NCBI GenBank assembly: GCA_003971905.1
Contig: RSEE01000031.1
Coordinates: 124,001-188,000 of the forward strand
Length of the DNA stretch: 64,000 bases
From: Moniliella sp. 'wahieum'
Taxonomy: Eukaryota
Direction of reading: 5' to 3'
The notes below the pieces were generated by a model, which did no database searches, was not told where the DNA came from, and saw only the letters and a list, made by a program, of their open reading frames with translations. How positions within the stretch are numbered: position 1 is the first letter of the stretch; every line of letters begins with the position of its first letter. Made by a program: the position numbers and the translations under genes. Shown piece by piece: positions 1 to 11,889 of the stretch.

Positions 1-9
1 CACACGTAC

Positions 10-1650
10 CCAACCGGAAGCCGCCAAATAGTCCAGTGCGCCCGGGGCAGAGCGGTCGCCGATCCGGCGCAGATCTTGGTTGCGCAACGCGACCATCACG
101 CATTTCCGCCACAAGTACAACGTCCCCAACAACCCGGGCACCGACGCCAACAGACGCAGTGGGTGCAACACAAAATGTGAACCAGTACATCGTCCCTCCT
201 CCTCCTCTTCTGCCGCCAGAGCCTCCACCATTTCATCCACCTCGTCCACCTCATCCACTTCATCCACCTCATCCACTTCATCCACTTCCTCCTCCGTCAC
301 ATTCACCGCGTCTCCCTCCAACGTCGCAGCCTCCCGATCGGGGTGGAGGCCAGGAACCAACTCGTCGTCCGATCCCTCCTCTTCGGGGGTAGACGTCGGA
401 CCGATCCCTGGCACAGCCTGGTCCGGTACGATGACCGTTGCCCTGGTTCGAGGGGGGCTGTAAGGTGGGGGTGGGGGCGGGGAGGACGTGCGCTCGGGGG
501 TCGGAAGGATCGGCGGGATCGGCGGGATCGGCGGGATGGGAGGGACCGAAGTGACGGGGGCGCGGAAGGCGTAGTGCCCGGTGCAGCGATCCCCGTTGAC
601 AGGGCCGAAAGCGTGGAGAGGTTGGAGTGCGGGAACGCCGCAGTGGACGGCGACGAGGCGGGCGGGTATCGTGTACGGGGGTTCGACGTCGTCGCGTGCC
701 CGAGGCTAAGCGGACAGGGGGGGGAGACAGTTGAACGGGCTGGGTGTTGGAGCGATAGCGGGTGGACCCTCCTGAGTGACCTACAGGGGCCGGGTCCAGC
801 TCGTCGAGAGACGAAGAGGAAAACGGGTACGGATGGCTCGGTGGATGGGAGAGGTGAGCGTCGGGGAATATACCAGGGCCGAGGCTCGCTGCGACGGAAT
901 AGCCCGTAGGGGACGTGGACGTGTGCGGACAGAGCGCTGGCTAGAAACGCGTGTCTCTGTGCACATCCCCTAAGGAAGAGGACGTCGGCAGGCTGGATCT
1001 TGACATGGAGGAAAGGGGGACAAAAACGGGAAGACCCCAGTCGGTCTGCCTCTTTGCGCAGCTCGGCCTGTGCCGCGCCGAGGCCGGCCACGATGCGGTG
1101 TCGATGGGAGCGAGGCGGGCGGCTGCTGGCCTGTTCTACCTGCGGGAGGGGGCGACGGGCAGAGCGGGAGGGGTGCGGGAGGGACGAAGAGGAGCTGGAG
1201 GCGGAGGGGGAGGCGATGATGGAGTTGGGCGTGCGAGGAGCAGGAGCAGGAGCAGACGCAGGCGGGTGAATGCGGAGGTGAGAGAAGGAGTGGCGCGAGG
1301 CCAGCAGCGGCGGGGGTGGGGGAAGCGGCCCGGGGGGCGCAGGCTGGGTGGGCGCTGCGACGACGGAGGAGGCGGCGGGGTAGCACGGCGGAGGAGGCGG
1401 GGGGGAGGTCGGAGGCAAGGGACGAGCTGCTGGCGGCGGGGCTGGACACGGGGCCAGCGGGGAAGGAGTGGGCTGCTGTAGGTGGCAGCGTCGAGGTCGA
1501 GGGTGAAGGCGGGCGCGGGGGGGGATGGGGAGGGGGGACGGGGTGTCGGGGGGCGGAGAGGGGGGCATTGGGACGGCATGCGACGGGCGGTGGGGATGGG
1601 GGTGGGGGCGGTGCCGACGCGGCTGGTGCTGCTGCCGAGAGACGAGGCAT
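10..1650 (-). CDS. Eos1-like (N-glycosylation/oxidative stress) membrane protein, 5' part; continues beyond the window edge after an intron
   Basis: ATG at 1650 (MPRLSAAAP...) opens a long Pro/Ser-rich, frameshifted N-terminus. An acidic (EVD)n run precedes FVLHPLRLLASVPGLLGTLYLWRK...APGALDYLAASGW, which ends at a GTACGT donor at position 9. The hydrophobic segment resembles fungal Eos1 proteins as I recall them. Confidence 0.45.
233..287. repeat. 9-bp coding tandem repeat (TCATCCACY), about 6 copies, encoding (EVD)n on the minus strand
   Basis: Directly visible: tcatccacc tcgtccacc tcatccact tcatccacc tcatccact tcatccact. Confidence 0.85.
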
Positions 1651-2526
1651 GCCTGCTCTCCACGCGCCCCCTCTGTTGTTCTGCCGATGCGGTGCGGCTC
1701 CGTGGCCCAGCCAGCGGCCGGCCAGCCATGTCCCTCCCTCGCCCACGCTGCCCGTCCGCCCCCGCCCGATTCCTGCCACTTTCAATTTTACTTGCCCCCG
1801 GGACTGACTTGGCGCTATACACGTGCTTTGTTTGCTTTATACACCCCGCTGGGGTCCCTCAAGAGGGGCGGTGTGCGTGAACGCGGTAGACCTGGCTCGA
1901 GGCACTGCTGCTGGCCACGCCGAGTGGACGTGTGCCCGCTACACCGAGTGCACAGGAATAGATCTGTCTCCCTTGCCCATTTGATGGGCCCAGCAACTGC
2001 CTCGTGGAAGAGGCACACCAATGAGGGCAGCCGCAGCGGCTGTGTGTGTGGAGATGTGGAGACGGCGAACGGAAAGCAAGAAGGGTGGCGTGGTGGTGGC
2101 GAAGAGTCAAGTGAGCCTCCGTCTCTGCAAGACCCGGGGCAAGACGGGATGAACGAAGCCCTGCCGGAGCCAAACAAAGGATTTGTCGGTCGCAGAGCCT
2201 GCGGAAACGGAGACTGCCAGCAAAGCGGAACCAGGCGGAACCACAGTGAGGCTGGTGCAACATCCATGATGCATGATGTCCTGTGTAACGCATGATGTGG
2301 GGGTCGTCTGAGCTTATGTCAGCTTCCTGCAGCCAATGGTGCTCATCTAATGGTTACGGCATGCAGCATGACGCATGAGATCTGAGAAGGGTCGATGATC
2401 GATAAACGCATTGGGCGCAGCGGCCCCGTTCCGCCTCTGTTCCGCCCCTCCTTGTTTGCGCCTCCGGGCAGCCTCCCCCTGATTGCATCCCCACCACTTT
2501 GACCCCTGCCTTGCTCGCCTGCCACT

Positions 2527-2617
2527 TGGTGACGAGAGTGGGATTCGAACCCACTCCCCAGAAGACTGCGGCCTCAACCTCAACACAATGCCAGTTCGAC
2601 CGTCGTGCTACTGTCGC
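2527..2617 (-). tRNA. tRNA-Leu-like gene or pseudogene with a degenerate 5' half and genomic 3' CCA
   Basis: The minus strand has a perfect T-arm/B-box GTGGGTTCGAATCCCAC, a long variable arm, a Leu-like ...GGCCGCAGT anticodon-arm 3' side and the acceptor strand TCTCGTC-A-CCA. An A-box-like TAGCACGACGG is present. The anticodon loop has a TTGAGG duplication and the acceptor stem pairs poorly. Confidence 0.6.
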
Positions 2618-3128
2618 ATACGTCACATGTCACATGCACACGTCATCTCCGTCACGTGCTTGTCGCCTCTCGCACGGGTAGGCTGGGGCAGCCAGCACTA
2701 AGTAAAGGTAGATGCTAGCTTGAAGCTTGAAGTAAGCATGGAGTGGGGCAGCGGAGAGACAGCGCCGGGAAAAGGACTGCCCAAGCGAATATTGAATTTT
2801 GCTTTGCGCCTAGGTACTAGGCAGCCTTGGTCCGAGGGGGGGCACTGGAGTCACATGCTCATGTCACATGTCACAGGTCACTACGTCACTAGTCACTAGT
2901 CACAGATGAATTCAACGACTTGCTTGACGCGTGACGTGTGACGATGGCAACGCCCGGTCCGGCTCGGAGCCGCATGGGGCACTAGGCATGGGGGCAGAGA
3001 CGGACCAAAGTGTCCTCCTACGGCGGGGGGGCGGGTGTCTAAGACACCGGCCGAACAAGTGCTGCGCCTCTGCGGTACGCGTTACGTTTGCATCGGCCCC
3101 ATGGGAACATGGCAACTTTGGCCCCCAG

Positions 3129-3248
3129 CCTGCTGTGCCTGCTGTTCCTGCTTGCCTGCTGTGTCTGCTTGCCTGCTGTGTCTGCTTGCCTGCTGTGTTG
3201 CTTGCCTGCTGTGTCTGCTTGCCTGCTGTGTCTGCTTGCCTGCTGTGC
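3129..3248. repeat. 17-bp minisatellite (GCCTGCTGTGTCTGCTT), about 6-7 copies
   Basis: Tandem copies are directly visible. Confidence 0.9.
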
Positions 3249-6200
3249 CCCATGCACACTATACCCTACCACTGCGCCCTCTTTATAGGATGCCGTCCTT
3301 GCCGAGATACATCGATGCTACATGGTGCCCTTGCATTGGATATTGATTGTTCTGAGTGGCTAAGCCTCAGCGCAGCTCCTCAGCCTTAAGCGCTTAAGCA
3401 TAGACGTGGAGCAGCCGCGCTTGGACCAACGATCAGCGGCTCAGCGCTCAACGCCAGCGCTCCGGGCGCTCAGAGCCGTATGGTTCCATCCCAACTATAG
3501 CATCATCGACATCGATCATCGAGACTGGACAAAATGCACTTGTTGCATGGCTGTGGCTTCAGCCCCCACCTCTCTCCCCGCCACGCACCGTGCCTTGGTG
3601 TGCTTGCTCCACTCGCCTCGACCCGCATGCCCCCTGCTGTAATGTCGATGTCCCACAAAGTACTGAGACCGCCGCTTTTGAAGCTGCACTAGGTACTACT
3701 CATGCATCATGCATCATGCATCATACCTCGTCCCATGCCACGCATTTTTCCTGTTGCGTTATTTGGAGGGAGCATACGATGGAAGATGGAGTACTGACAT
3801 GTTGACCCTGGGGGCGAGTGTGGCGTGAAGAGTAGAACGGGGAGGCTGGGAGGAGCCTTGGTCTGCTTTGGCCTTGAATGGCAACATTCCATTGCACCGC
3901 CCACCCGCCCACTGTGTCTGAGTTCGGACGCATGTCGCGGACGCGTGACGCGTGACACAAGAGTATGTAGGCGGTTCGCGGCTGTCGCAGCAAGCCGCGG
4001 GGGGTCGCAGCCTTCAGCGCCTTCAGCCTCCTCGCAGCGACCGCAAAGCGACCGCATCCCAGTCTACCCAGGCCGACCCACTAGCCCGACACCTGCCCTC
4101 CTGCGCCGGGGCAAGCGTACCGTGTCACGCATCAGTACCATCGATATCGGTACCAGTGCAAATGTCCCCACACATTTTGTCGGCGTCTCAGTCCAGGCCA
4201 CTAGGCCACTGCTGACGGCCAGCGCGCGTCAGCCCCGTCCTCTTCGATTTTAGAACGTGAGGCCCGAGGCGTACAAGCACGTAACCGGGTAACCCCACGT
4301 ACAACCCCACATACAACCCCACCCGCCTTTCTCGGGATTATGCAGCTGCGGAGGCCAATTGCACAGCCAAATTTGCCCTAGAGGTTGAAGACATGTAGAT
4401 AGACGCAGGACTCTCCGTTCGCAGTTCTTTTACCTTCTGTTTTCCCTTCAAGCTTCAACGTCAACCTCTTCAACGTTCAACGTTCAGCGCCGGCAGTCCA
4501 TGGGCACCCGGACTGGAGCTCGGCACAGTAGCGCTAGGCCTTTCTAGACCGACCGCCGGCCATCGTGCACCACATATGGTGCCTCATCGGCATCGATCAT
4601 CGATCATCTGTTTCCCCACCGGCCAGTCTCATCCAGGTTTGAGAATTTACGGGCGACAGGCCACAGGCGGGCCAACGCCCCCGCGACCGCCACACCGGGC
4701 TTGTGTCGCATGTCACATGTCAGCAAACGCAAAGGCTTGTGACTAGGTACTGTTAGCCGCCTTTTTCCTCTCCCCTCTCCCCTCGACCCTTTCGAGGGCG
4801 GGTGGGTTCCTCTTGCGGCTTGCCAGAGAGAGAGAGAAAGAGCGTGCCTGCCTCCCCCGCGCGCCTGCTGAGCGTCGAAGAGTGGATATTGGACGTAGAG
4901 CGAGGCCGCGGGTGGGAAGTGAAATGTGAGACGGGGGGGGGCGTGGGGCCCCGTGCGATCTCCGGATCTTAGATCACAGATCTCAGACTGAGATCTCAGG
5001 GTTTGTGGTGTCAGTTTTCCGACTGGACGCGGACGACGCACTGCCCCCTGCCAGCGTCACGCGTCACTGGTCACTGGCACTGCACTCGTTCCCAGTACCG
5101 GCGACGGGCAACGGGCCTCTCCTTCTCCTGTGGCGCTGGGCAGTGTGCGATGCATCATGCATCATGCGCCATGCGCCATGCGAGGTGGGGGCAAGGGCGG
5201 GCGCACTCGTGCATGTCATGGGTCAGTCTCCTGGGAAGGAACGCCACGCACGGCGCCTGTCCTTCCCGGGAGAAGCCAAGAAGAGAGCAGTGGGCAGGTG
5301 GAACGCAAAATGGGACTAGGGACGCGGCAAGCGAGATGCTCGATGCGGCTTCAAGCTTCAAGCTTCAAGTTCTCTTCAAGTTCACTTCAAGTTCGTTAAG
5401 CTTCAAGCGCTTCCAACGCGAGCGATTCAAGGTACACCTCAGTACCTAGTACACCCCCATCCACTTTTGTCATGAAGCTTGAAGCTTGAGTACTAGGTAC
5501 TGAATACTTTCGGCCGACGCTTCCGGGCTGCCTGCGCATCGCGGAGGAGAACAGGTGGGGCGCTGTATGTTCAGTTGAACACGTTGGACGTGCAACACTT
5601 CAACGTTCAACGTACGGTGAAGCCTGAGGGAGGCCTGAGGCCTGAGGGCTAGCTGAGGGGTTGTGCGTGGCGGACAGCGTGTAGTGGGAGGTCGTCTGGC
5701 AGTTCATGCATCATGTTCATGCGTCCCGCGTCATGGGTTAGACCCTCCCCTCTGAGGCGTAACTAGCTTAACTAGTAACTGTGCTAGTGCGGCGTCGCGT
5801 GAGGCCTGGAGCTCAGCGTGAGCGCCCAGCCAGGCTCAGTTTCCGGGGGGCGGGATATCACACACACGCACTCCGTCATCGATCATCGTTCCCGACCTCG
5901 GCCTCATTGGTTCATCGATTCGATCAGCCCGCACGGGCATCCTGCGAGCCATTAGACAAGTCACAGTTGGCGCTGGGCGCGGGGAGCCGTCTCCCGCATT
6001 CTCCGGCCGGGGCACTGAGCCACTCAGTACTCACTTCTCGAGCTCTCCCCCCCGTGGTTGGGCGAGTCAGAGACAGGCGAGATCCACCGCGGGCAAGCGC
6101 GAGGGCGGTGGAGGAAGCCAGGTCTCAGATGCGCCAGATCTGTTGCACTGCGAGTGGCTGGGTCGGCGCGGCACGAGCCGAGTGTGGGCTGGACACGGAA

Positions 6201-6556
6201 CGGTGAACATCGACGTTAACGTTGACGTTAAACGTAGACCCCCGCACGTGAAGAAGCTGGGGCCTGGCGCCTGGCGCCTGGGGGCTGCTGGGTGCGGTAT
6301 TGGGCCTCGGGCGCGGGAGAGGAGGCGTGTGCGGGCGTGTGCGGGCGTGTGCGGCAGGCGGCCGTAGACGCCCGTTCCAGGTCCATGAGTCGGCGCCAGC
6401 CCACCCGGCGCTCGACGTTTGGCTGGGGTCGTGCTAGGCCATAGCGCCGGATCGCGCTTCTTATCCCCAGAGATCGTCAGGGGGCGGCGGTTAGCAATCC
6501 CCCCCCCCCCAACAACCGCAGCAGGAGAACGTTCGTCCCCTTTCCATTGCCGGTTG

Positions 6557-6563
6557 TATAAAA
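6557..6563 (+). promoter_or_regulatory. TATA box of the MFS transporter gene
   Basis: TATAAAA lies about 150 bp upstream of ATG 6709 and is followed by a pyrimidine-rich leader. Confidence 0.5.
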
Positions 6564-6708
6564 GCAGTCGGCGACACGGCTTTCTTTCTTTCTTTTTCTC
6601 CGTGTCGTGCTGATTCTTCCTCTTCCCCTCATCAATTGCTCTTCCCACCGTCTGCCAAGCACACACTACCTTCGTAACCCCCCCATCTGTCCATCTCCTT
6701 CCCACGCC

Positions 6709-9174
6709 ATGGCGCACGCCTCTGCGGACGAGCATTCCACCTCGGGCGCCTCCACCACGAACAAGCAAGGTGAAGCGCTCTCGGACTTCCCGATACGGCA
6801 CAGGGCCCCCCTCGCAAATCGCTCGAGGGCCACGTTACCTACCTCTCCACGGCCGATGCCCCCGCCGAGCACGATGGTCCCCACCGCGATAAGACCAAAC
6901 TGAGAATTTTAACCGAGGAGGACTGCTACGAGGAGTTGGCGTTCTGTTGGCCTGCTTGGAAAAAATGGTTCGTTCTTCTGCTTCATCTCGTTCTCCTTGC
7001 CCTTGCCCTTCCCCTTCCCCATCTTGTCATCTCCTATTCACATATTCGTGCACCACCTCTCGTCGGGGTGATGATTGGGGTGGCAAGTTGGGAGCAAACA
7101 CTTTTTCTCCTCGCTCTGGCACATGGTCTGACCCTTCTCCGTTTGACCAGGTGGACGCTCACGGTGATCTTTTTGATCCAGACCAGCATGAACCTCAACA
7201 CCTCGCTTTACTCGAACGCTATTGCTCCCGTCCGCACCACAAGGGCATGACGGAAGAATTTGGCATTTCGGCTCAGGCGGCGCGGTGTGGTGCGATGGTC
7301 TTTTTGGTGACGTATGCGTTTGGCTGTCAACTCTGGGCGCCCTGGTCCGAAGAGCTTGGGCGCAAAGTGACCTTGTTCACCTCGCTCTTCTTGGTCAATG
7401 TGTGGCAGATCCCCGTCGGGGTCGCCAAGAACTTTGGCACGGTCATGGCCGGTCGTGCGCTGGGCGGGTTGTGCTCGGCAGGCGGATCGGTCACGCTGGG
7501 GATGGTGGCAGACATGTACGAACCGGAGGATCACCAGTACGCGATCAACTACATTGTCCTCTCTTCTGTTGGTACGTTTTTTCGCCCTGCTGGTCCCTGT
7601 CCAAAAATCCAGAGCTTAACTAATCTCCGCCCCCCCGTTTTGGCTTGCAGGTGGCTCGATCGTTGGCCCGATCGTTGGTGGGTTCTGTGAGCAATGGCTC
7701 GCGTGGCAATGGTGCATCTGGCTGCAACTCTGTGCCGGCGGGTTTGTTATGATCCTTGTCCTCCTCATTCCCGAGTCTCGGTCGACGACAATGATGACTG
7801 CCATCGCCAAGCGGCGACGCAAGAACGGTGAAGATGTGTGGGGCCCGAACGAGGTACTGCCTTGGCGGGAACGCTTTGCATTCAAGGAGGTCATTGCCAT
7901 CTGGACCCGACCGTTTGTCAGTGCGTATCACATTTCTCCGTTTCCCCTGAGAAGGTGTCCCTCTATTGAGGCACTTTGGCTCCCGATTTCTGTTGTTGCC
8001 TCTCAGAAAGGAACTGACCATGTTGTTGCGACTAAACAGTGTATGTGACCGAACCCATCGTTCTCGTCCTTTCTCTTCTCTCGGGATTTTCCGACGCTCT
8101 TATTTTCATGTTCATTCAAAGTTTCTCGCTCGTCTATGGCCAGTACGATTTCCGGCCCTTTGAGCTGGGCCTTGCCTTTATCCCCCTCGGCGTTGGGTAC
8201 CTTCTGGCCTACATCTCTTTCTTCTTCTCGATCAAACGCAACATTCGTCGCCGTGCCGAGTTCCCGCATGACGAACGGGTGCAATTTGAGGAACGGCTGT
8301 GGTGGTTGCTCTACCTCAGTTGGCTTCTCCCCATTGGTTTGATCACCTTTGCCTGGACTTCCTCCGGCCCTCCGATCCATTGGATTGGCCCCATGATTTG
8401 TTCGGCCATGGTAGGAATTGCCAACTTTGCCGTGTACGCAGCTACGATTGATTACATGGTGGCTGCCTATGGTCCCTACTCGGCCTCGGCCACCGGTGGC
8501 AATGGTTGGTCGCGCGACATTTTGGCCGGGATCTTGACGGTGCCTGCCGTGCCCTTTTTCAGTAACATTGGTCCCCGCAGTCACGGCCAAAAGCACCACC
8601 ATCACCTCGAATACGCTTCGACCATTCTGTTTTGCATCTCCACCGTCTTGGTGGTGGCGGTGTACCTGATCTACTTTAACGGACCTACTTTGCGCCGGCG
8701 TTCTCCCTTTGCCCAACAGCTCACGACGAGCGGCAAGAACATGCGGCCCATCGTCCTTCTGTGTCGAGTGCACGCCAAGGCTTGGGTACCGATACGGAGA
8801 AGAGTGCTGCAGTGAGTCCTGCTCCTGTCCGCCCTGGTCTGCCGCACCGCCACTCGACCGCGCGCGAATGGCAAGAAGAGCGTATTCGTCCCGGACTTAG
8901 CTCGCGCCGGTCCAGTTACTTGGCGACAGAGGGTCCGGCCCACGATCGCAGTCGGGGTAGCAGTCGCGTAGGTTCGCGTGCAGGCTCACGGGCTGCAAGT
9001 CGGGCCAACTCGATGGAGGAGGACCGCACGGGTGTAACCCCTGCCAACATGGCCGAACGACTGCACGCTCGTCTTCGTCCCGACCTGGGATCGCGCCGCA
9101 ACACGCATACCAGCACGGTCAGTCATCCGGGATTGGCAGATGTGGCGGAGCGGACAGGCCAGGAGGAGGCCTAG
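6709..9174 (+). CDS. MFS transporter, DHA1 (drug:H+ antiporter) family
   Basis: Motifs WPAWKKW, WAPWSEELGRK, GRALGGLCSAGGSVTLGMVADMY, TEPIVLVLSLLSGFSDALIF and IDYMVAAYGPYSASATGGNGWSRD. Introns at 6968-7150, about 7572-7650 and about 7917-8039, plus a few frameshifts. Confidence 0.92.
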
Positions 9175-9824
9175 CGGGGGTGTACTAAATACCTACTGCC
9201 CATTGGGTGGTCTAGTCTCCTAAAATTACGTTCGACGCACTCTTTCCTACACCATTATTAGCATGCTGTGTCGGCTTTTCTGTTTACGCGTTTAACGTTT
9301 ACGTCTCACTTCGAGTACCCACGTACTTGTAACTACATTTCCGTTACGTCCGAGAAAAGTACTTGCTTGTGTAAAGGATTTATAGCACAGCGTTTCTCTG
9401 TCCCACAGCCTTAAGCTCTGTCAATGATATGGCTGCAGGAGGTGTCTATTAGGGAGAGTGTATTAATAGTCTGGGGTGCTACCTCAACCGCGAGAGTGGA
9501 ATCAGGAAGAACTAAGTTGAGATTATATGGGGTGAGCGCATGGGGGCGAATAACCTCTTGTGGGCGGTCAACTCATTTTTCCGAATCCATGATCGATAGC
9601 ACCCCTCCCTGAGTCCTCAGGGCTGGATCTTGTATTTCATGCATCTCCCTCTTTTAGACCTCGAAGGCGAGGCTGCCTTGCTACATAAAACCGCCGATTG
9701 GCGTACCAATAGCACATGTTTCTCCCTATGGACGAGAGGACTGAATATGTCAGACCAAGATGGAGATGGACTCCCACAGCAAAACCAGCAAAACACGTGA
9801 GGAGCCACAAGTGACCACAACTTC

Positions 9825-11490
9825 TCAATTTGCCCCAAACCAGTTCATCGGTGCTGGCGCAGTCTCAACAAAGTTGATTTGGCTGAGAGATACGCACGTA
9901 ATCCTTCCTCTCCCAATTCGCGGCTGGTGCCCGACCAGCCACCACCACCCCACTCGGCCTTGGCCGAGTACGGGCCGTAGGTATTAACCCATGTTGTGCC
10001 CGCCCGGATCTTCTTGGCAACCCGCTCGGCCCGCGCTTGGTCTTGAGACTGCACACCGGCCGCCAAGCCATATGGAGTGTTGTTGGCCAAACCGGATCGC
10101 TTGCGCCTCATTATGCGGGAACCGCTCAATCGTCAATATCGGACCAAACGTTTCTTCTTGGACAATGCGCATGTCGGCGGAACACTGATCAAAAACGGTA
10201 GGCAAAAAGAAGTTTCCCTTGGCGAGGTGGGGAATTCCTCCGGATCAGGTTGGGTGCCTCCTACAAGGAGTTTGGCGCCCTCGGTCTTGCCCAACTCAAC
10301 GTAGCCTTGACCTTGGTGAGGTGGTCTTGGGTCGCTAATGGCCTGTTTCAGAACGAGGGTCGAGCCCTGATCCCATCCGTACTTGCTCGCCTGTTCACCA
10401 CTTTTTCTGCCAGTGCATCCGCCACTGTCTCGTCCACAATCAACCTCGTTGCCGAGCTGCACACTTGACCCGAGTGAACAAACACGCCGTTGCCACCACG
10501 TCCGCCGCCCAGTCGAGGTCAACATCGGCAAACACAACCTGGGGGTTTTTACCCCCAAGCTCCATATGGGTCTTTTGACGGTGTCCGCACAAGCAGCCAA
10601 TACCCTGCGTCCGGTTGCCAGTCCGCCCGTGAAGCTGACCAAGTCCACGTGCGGACTCTCTGTGAGCGTCGGCCTACTCGTGCACCATGGCCTGTGAGCA
10701 GTTGCACCACGCCAGGCGGTAGGTCCATAGAGGGATGGAGAAGGATGTGACGGACAATAAAGAGGGTGGAAAGGGGGGTGACCTCGCTCGGCTTGAGTAC
10801 CACGGCATTACCTGCCACCATGGGGCCAGTTTCCAGAAAAGTTGCAAGATGGGGTAGTTCCATGGCATGATCAATACACACACCAACCGGTTCGTGGCTC
10901 ACCGCAGCCCGTACCGATCCAGGCAGGAAGAGTCATGAATCATCTTGGAACATCGTACTTGAGCGCCTCCTCAGCATAGTATCGGCACACCGACGTGACA
11001 TCGTCAATGTCAGCGTTGCTCTCGGCCAATGTCTTGCCCGTATCAGCGTTTCGAGAGTGGCAAGCGTAGGCTTGTGTTGTTGTAACAACTCTGCTATCTG
11101 GAGAAGATACTTTGCGCGCTCAGAAAAAGATGTGCGAAGGGGGTCGGACCAAGAGGAAGTGTCGAAGAAGGTACGGGCGGCTGAACTGGCCTGCTCGGCG
11201 TCCGCGGTAGATGCTTCGTCAACCGCGCGCAGAAGGGTTTGGTCAAACGGATTAAGAGTCGGCCTCTGGGCTCCATCGCTGGCATGCCGCCAGTGACCAT
11301 CGATAAACAGAGATGGCCCGGAAACCGACGCCAGGCCTCGATGAGATCTGCTGCTTGGTTGGCTCGTGAGCTGAACTGGCGTTGGAGGGGCAAGGCGCGC
11401 GACGTCGGCTGAAATGCAAGGAGGCCAACTTTGGTCCATTCGACGAAAAGCCAGGACGTAGTGCAAGAAAAGATGGAGCACGCCGCGCAT
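9825..11490 (-). CDS. Aldehyde dehydrogenase, betaine-aldehyde dehydrogenase (GbsA-like) type
   Basis: Across frameshifts: LFIDGHW, DTGKTLAES, HEPVGVC..PWNYP, KPSEVTP, SFTGGLATG, GQVCS (catalytic Cys), EETFGP, ELGEEGL and a C-terminal PAPMNWFGAN*. No introns seen; the start codon is uncertain. Confidence 0.92.
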
Positions 11491-11889
11491 CCTGGTTGTT
11501 ACAGAAGGAATGGCATGCGAGCACGACACATGCTCAGCGACGCGGTGACCATCGCCCGCGTGGTGGTGGCAGCGAGAGGAGAGAGATGATGCCCTGTGTG
11601 TTCCTTCTCTGGCACCACACTCGTACCCTAATAACTCCCTTCGAGATCTGAAAGGGATGCACTATTCTTTCAATCTTCATTTCCTCTTCTCCACACAGCG
11701 GACTAGCGTGGCCTCGTGCCATTGTCATCGAAGCCATCTTGTCTACACATATGGATAACACAAGAAGAAGACCGATCGCTGCCGCAGCCAGGGAAGCCAT
11801 GAAAGCAATGGGGTGTTATCAGCACTTTCGTTTTACATATCTAATGTCTCTTCTGGTAGCCAACGTTTTGGCATGATGCAGGACTGCTC

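Noticed and set aside
2527..2545. TGGTGACGAGAGTGGGAT as an LTR-retrotransposon primer-binding site
   Set aside because: Complementarity extends over most of a tRNA rather than about 18 nt, and no LTR or gag/pol is adjacent.
3129..3248. Cys/Leu-rich ORFs or a CRISPR-like array
   Set aside because: Simple tandem repeat without unique spacers, in a eukaryotic context with no cas genes.
7065..7134. C/D-box snoRNA-like pattern (GGG-GTGATGA...CTGA-CCC) in MFS intron 1
   Set aside because: The apparent D box coincides with the intron branch site (CTGAC). No C'/D' boxes or convincing rRNA guide were found.
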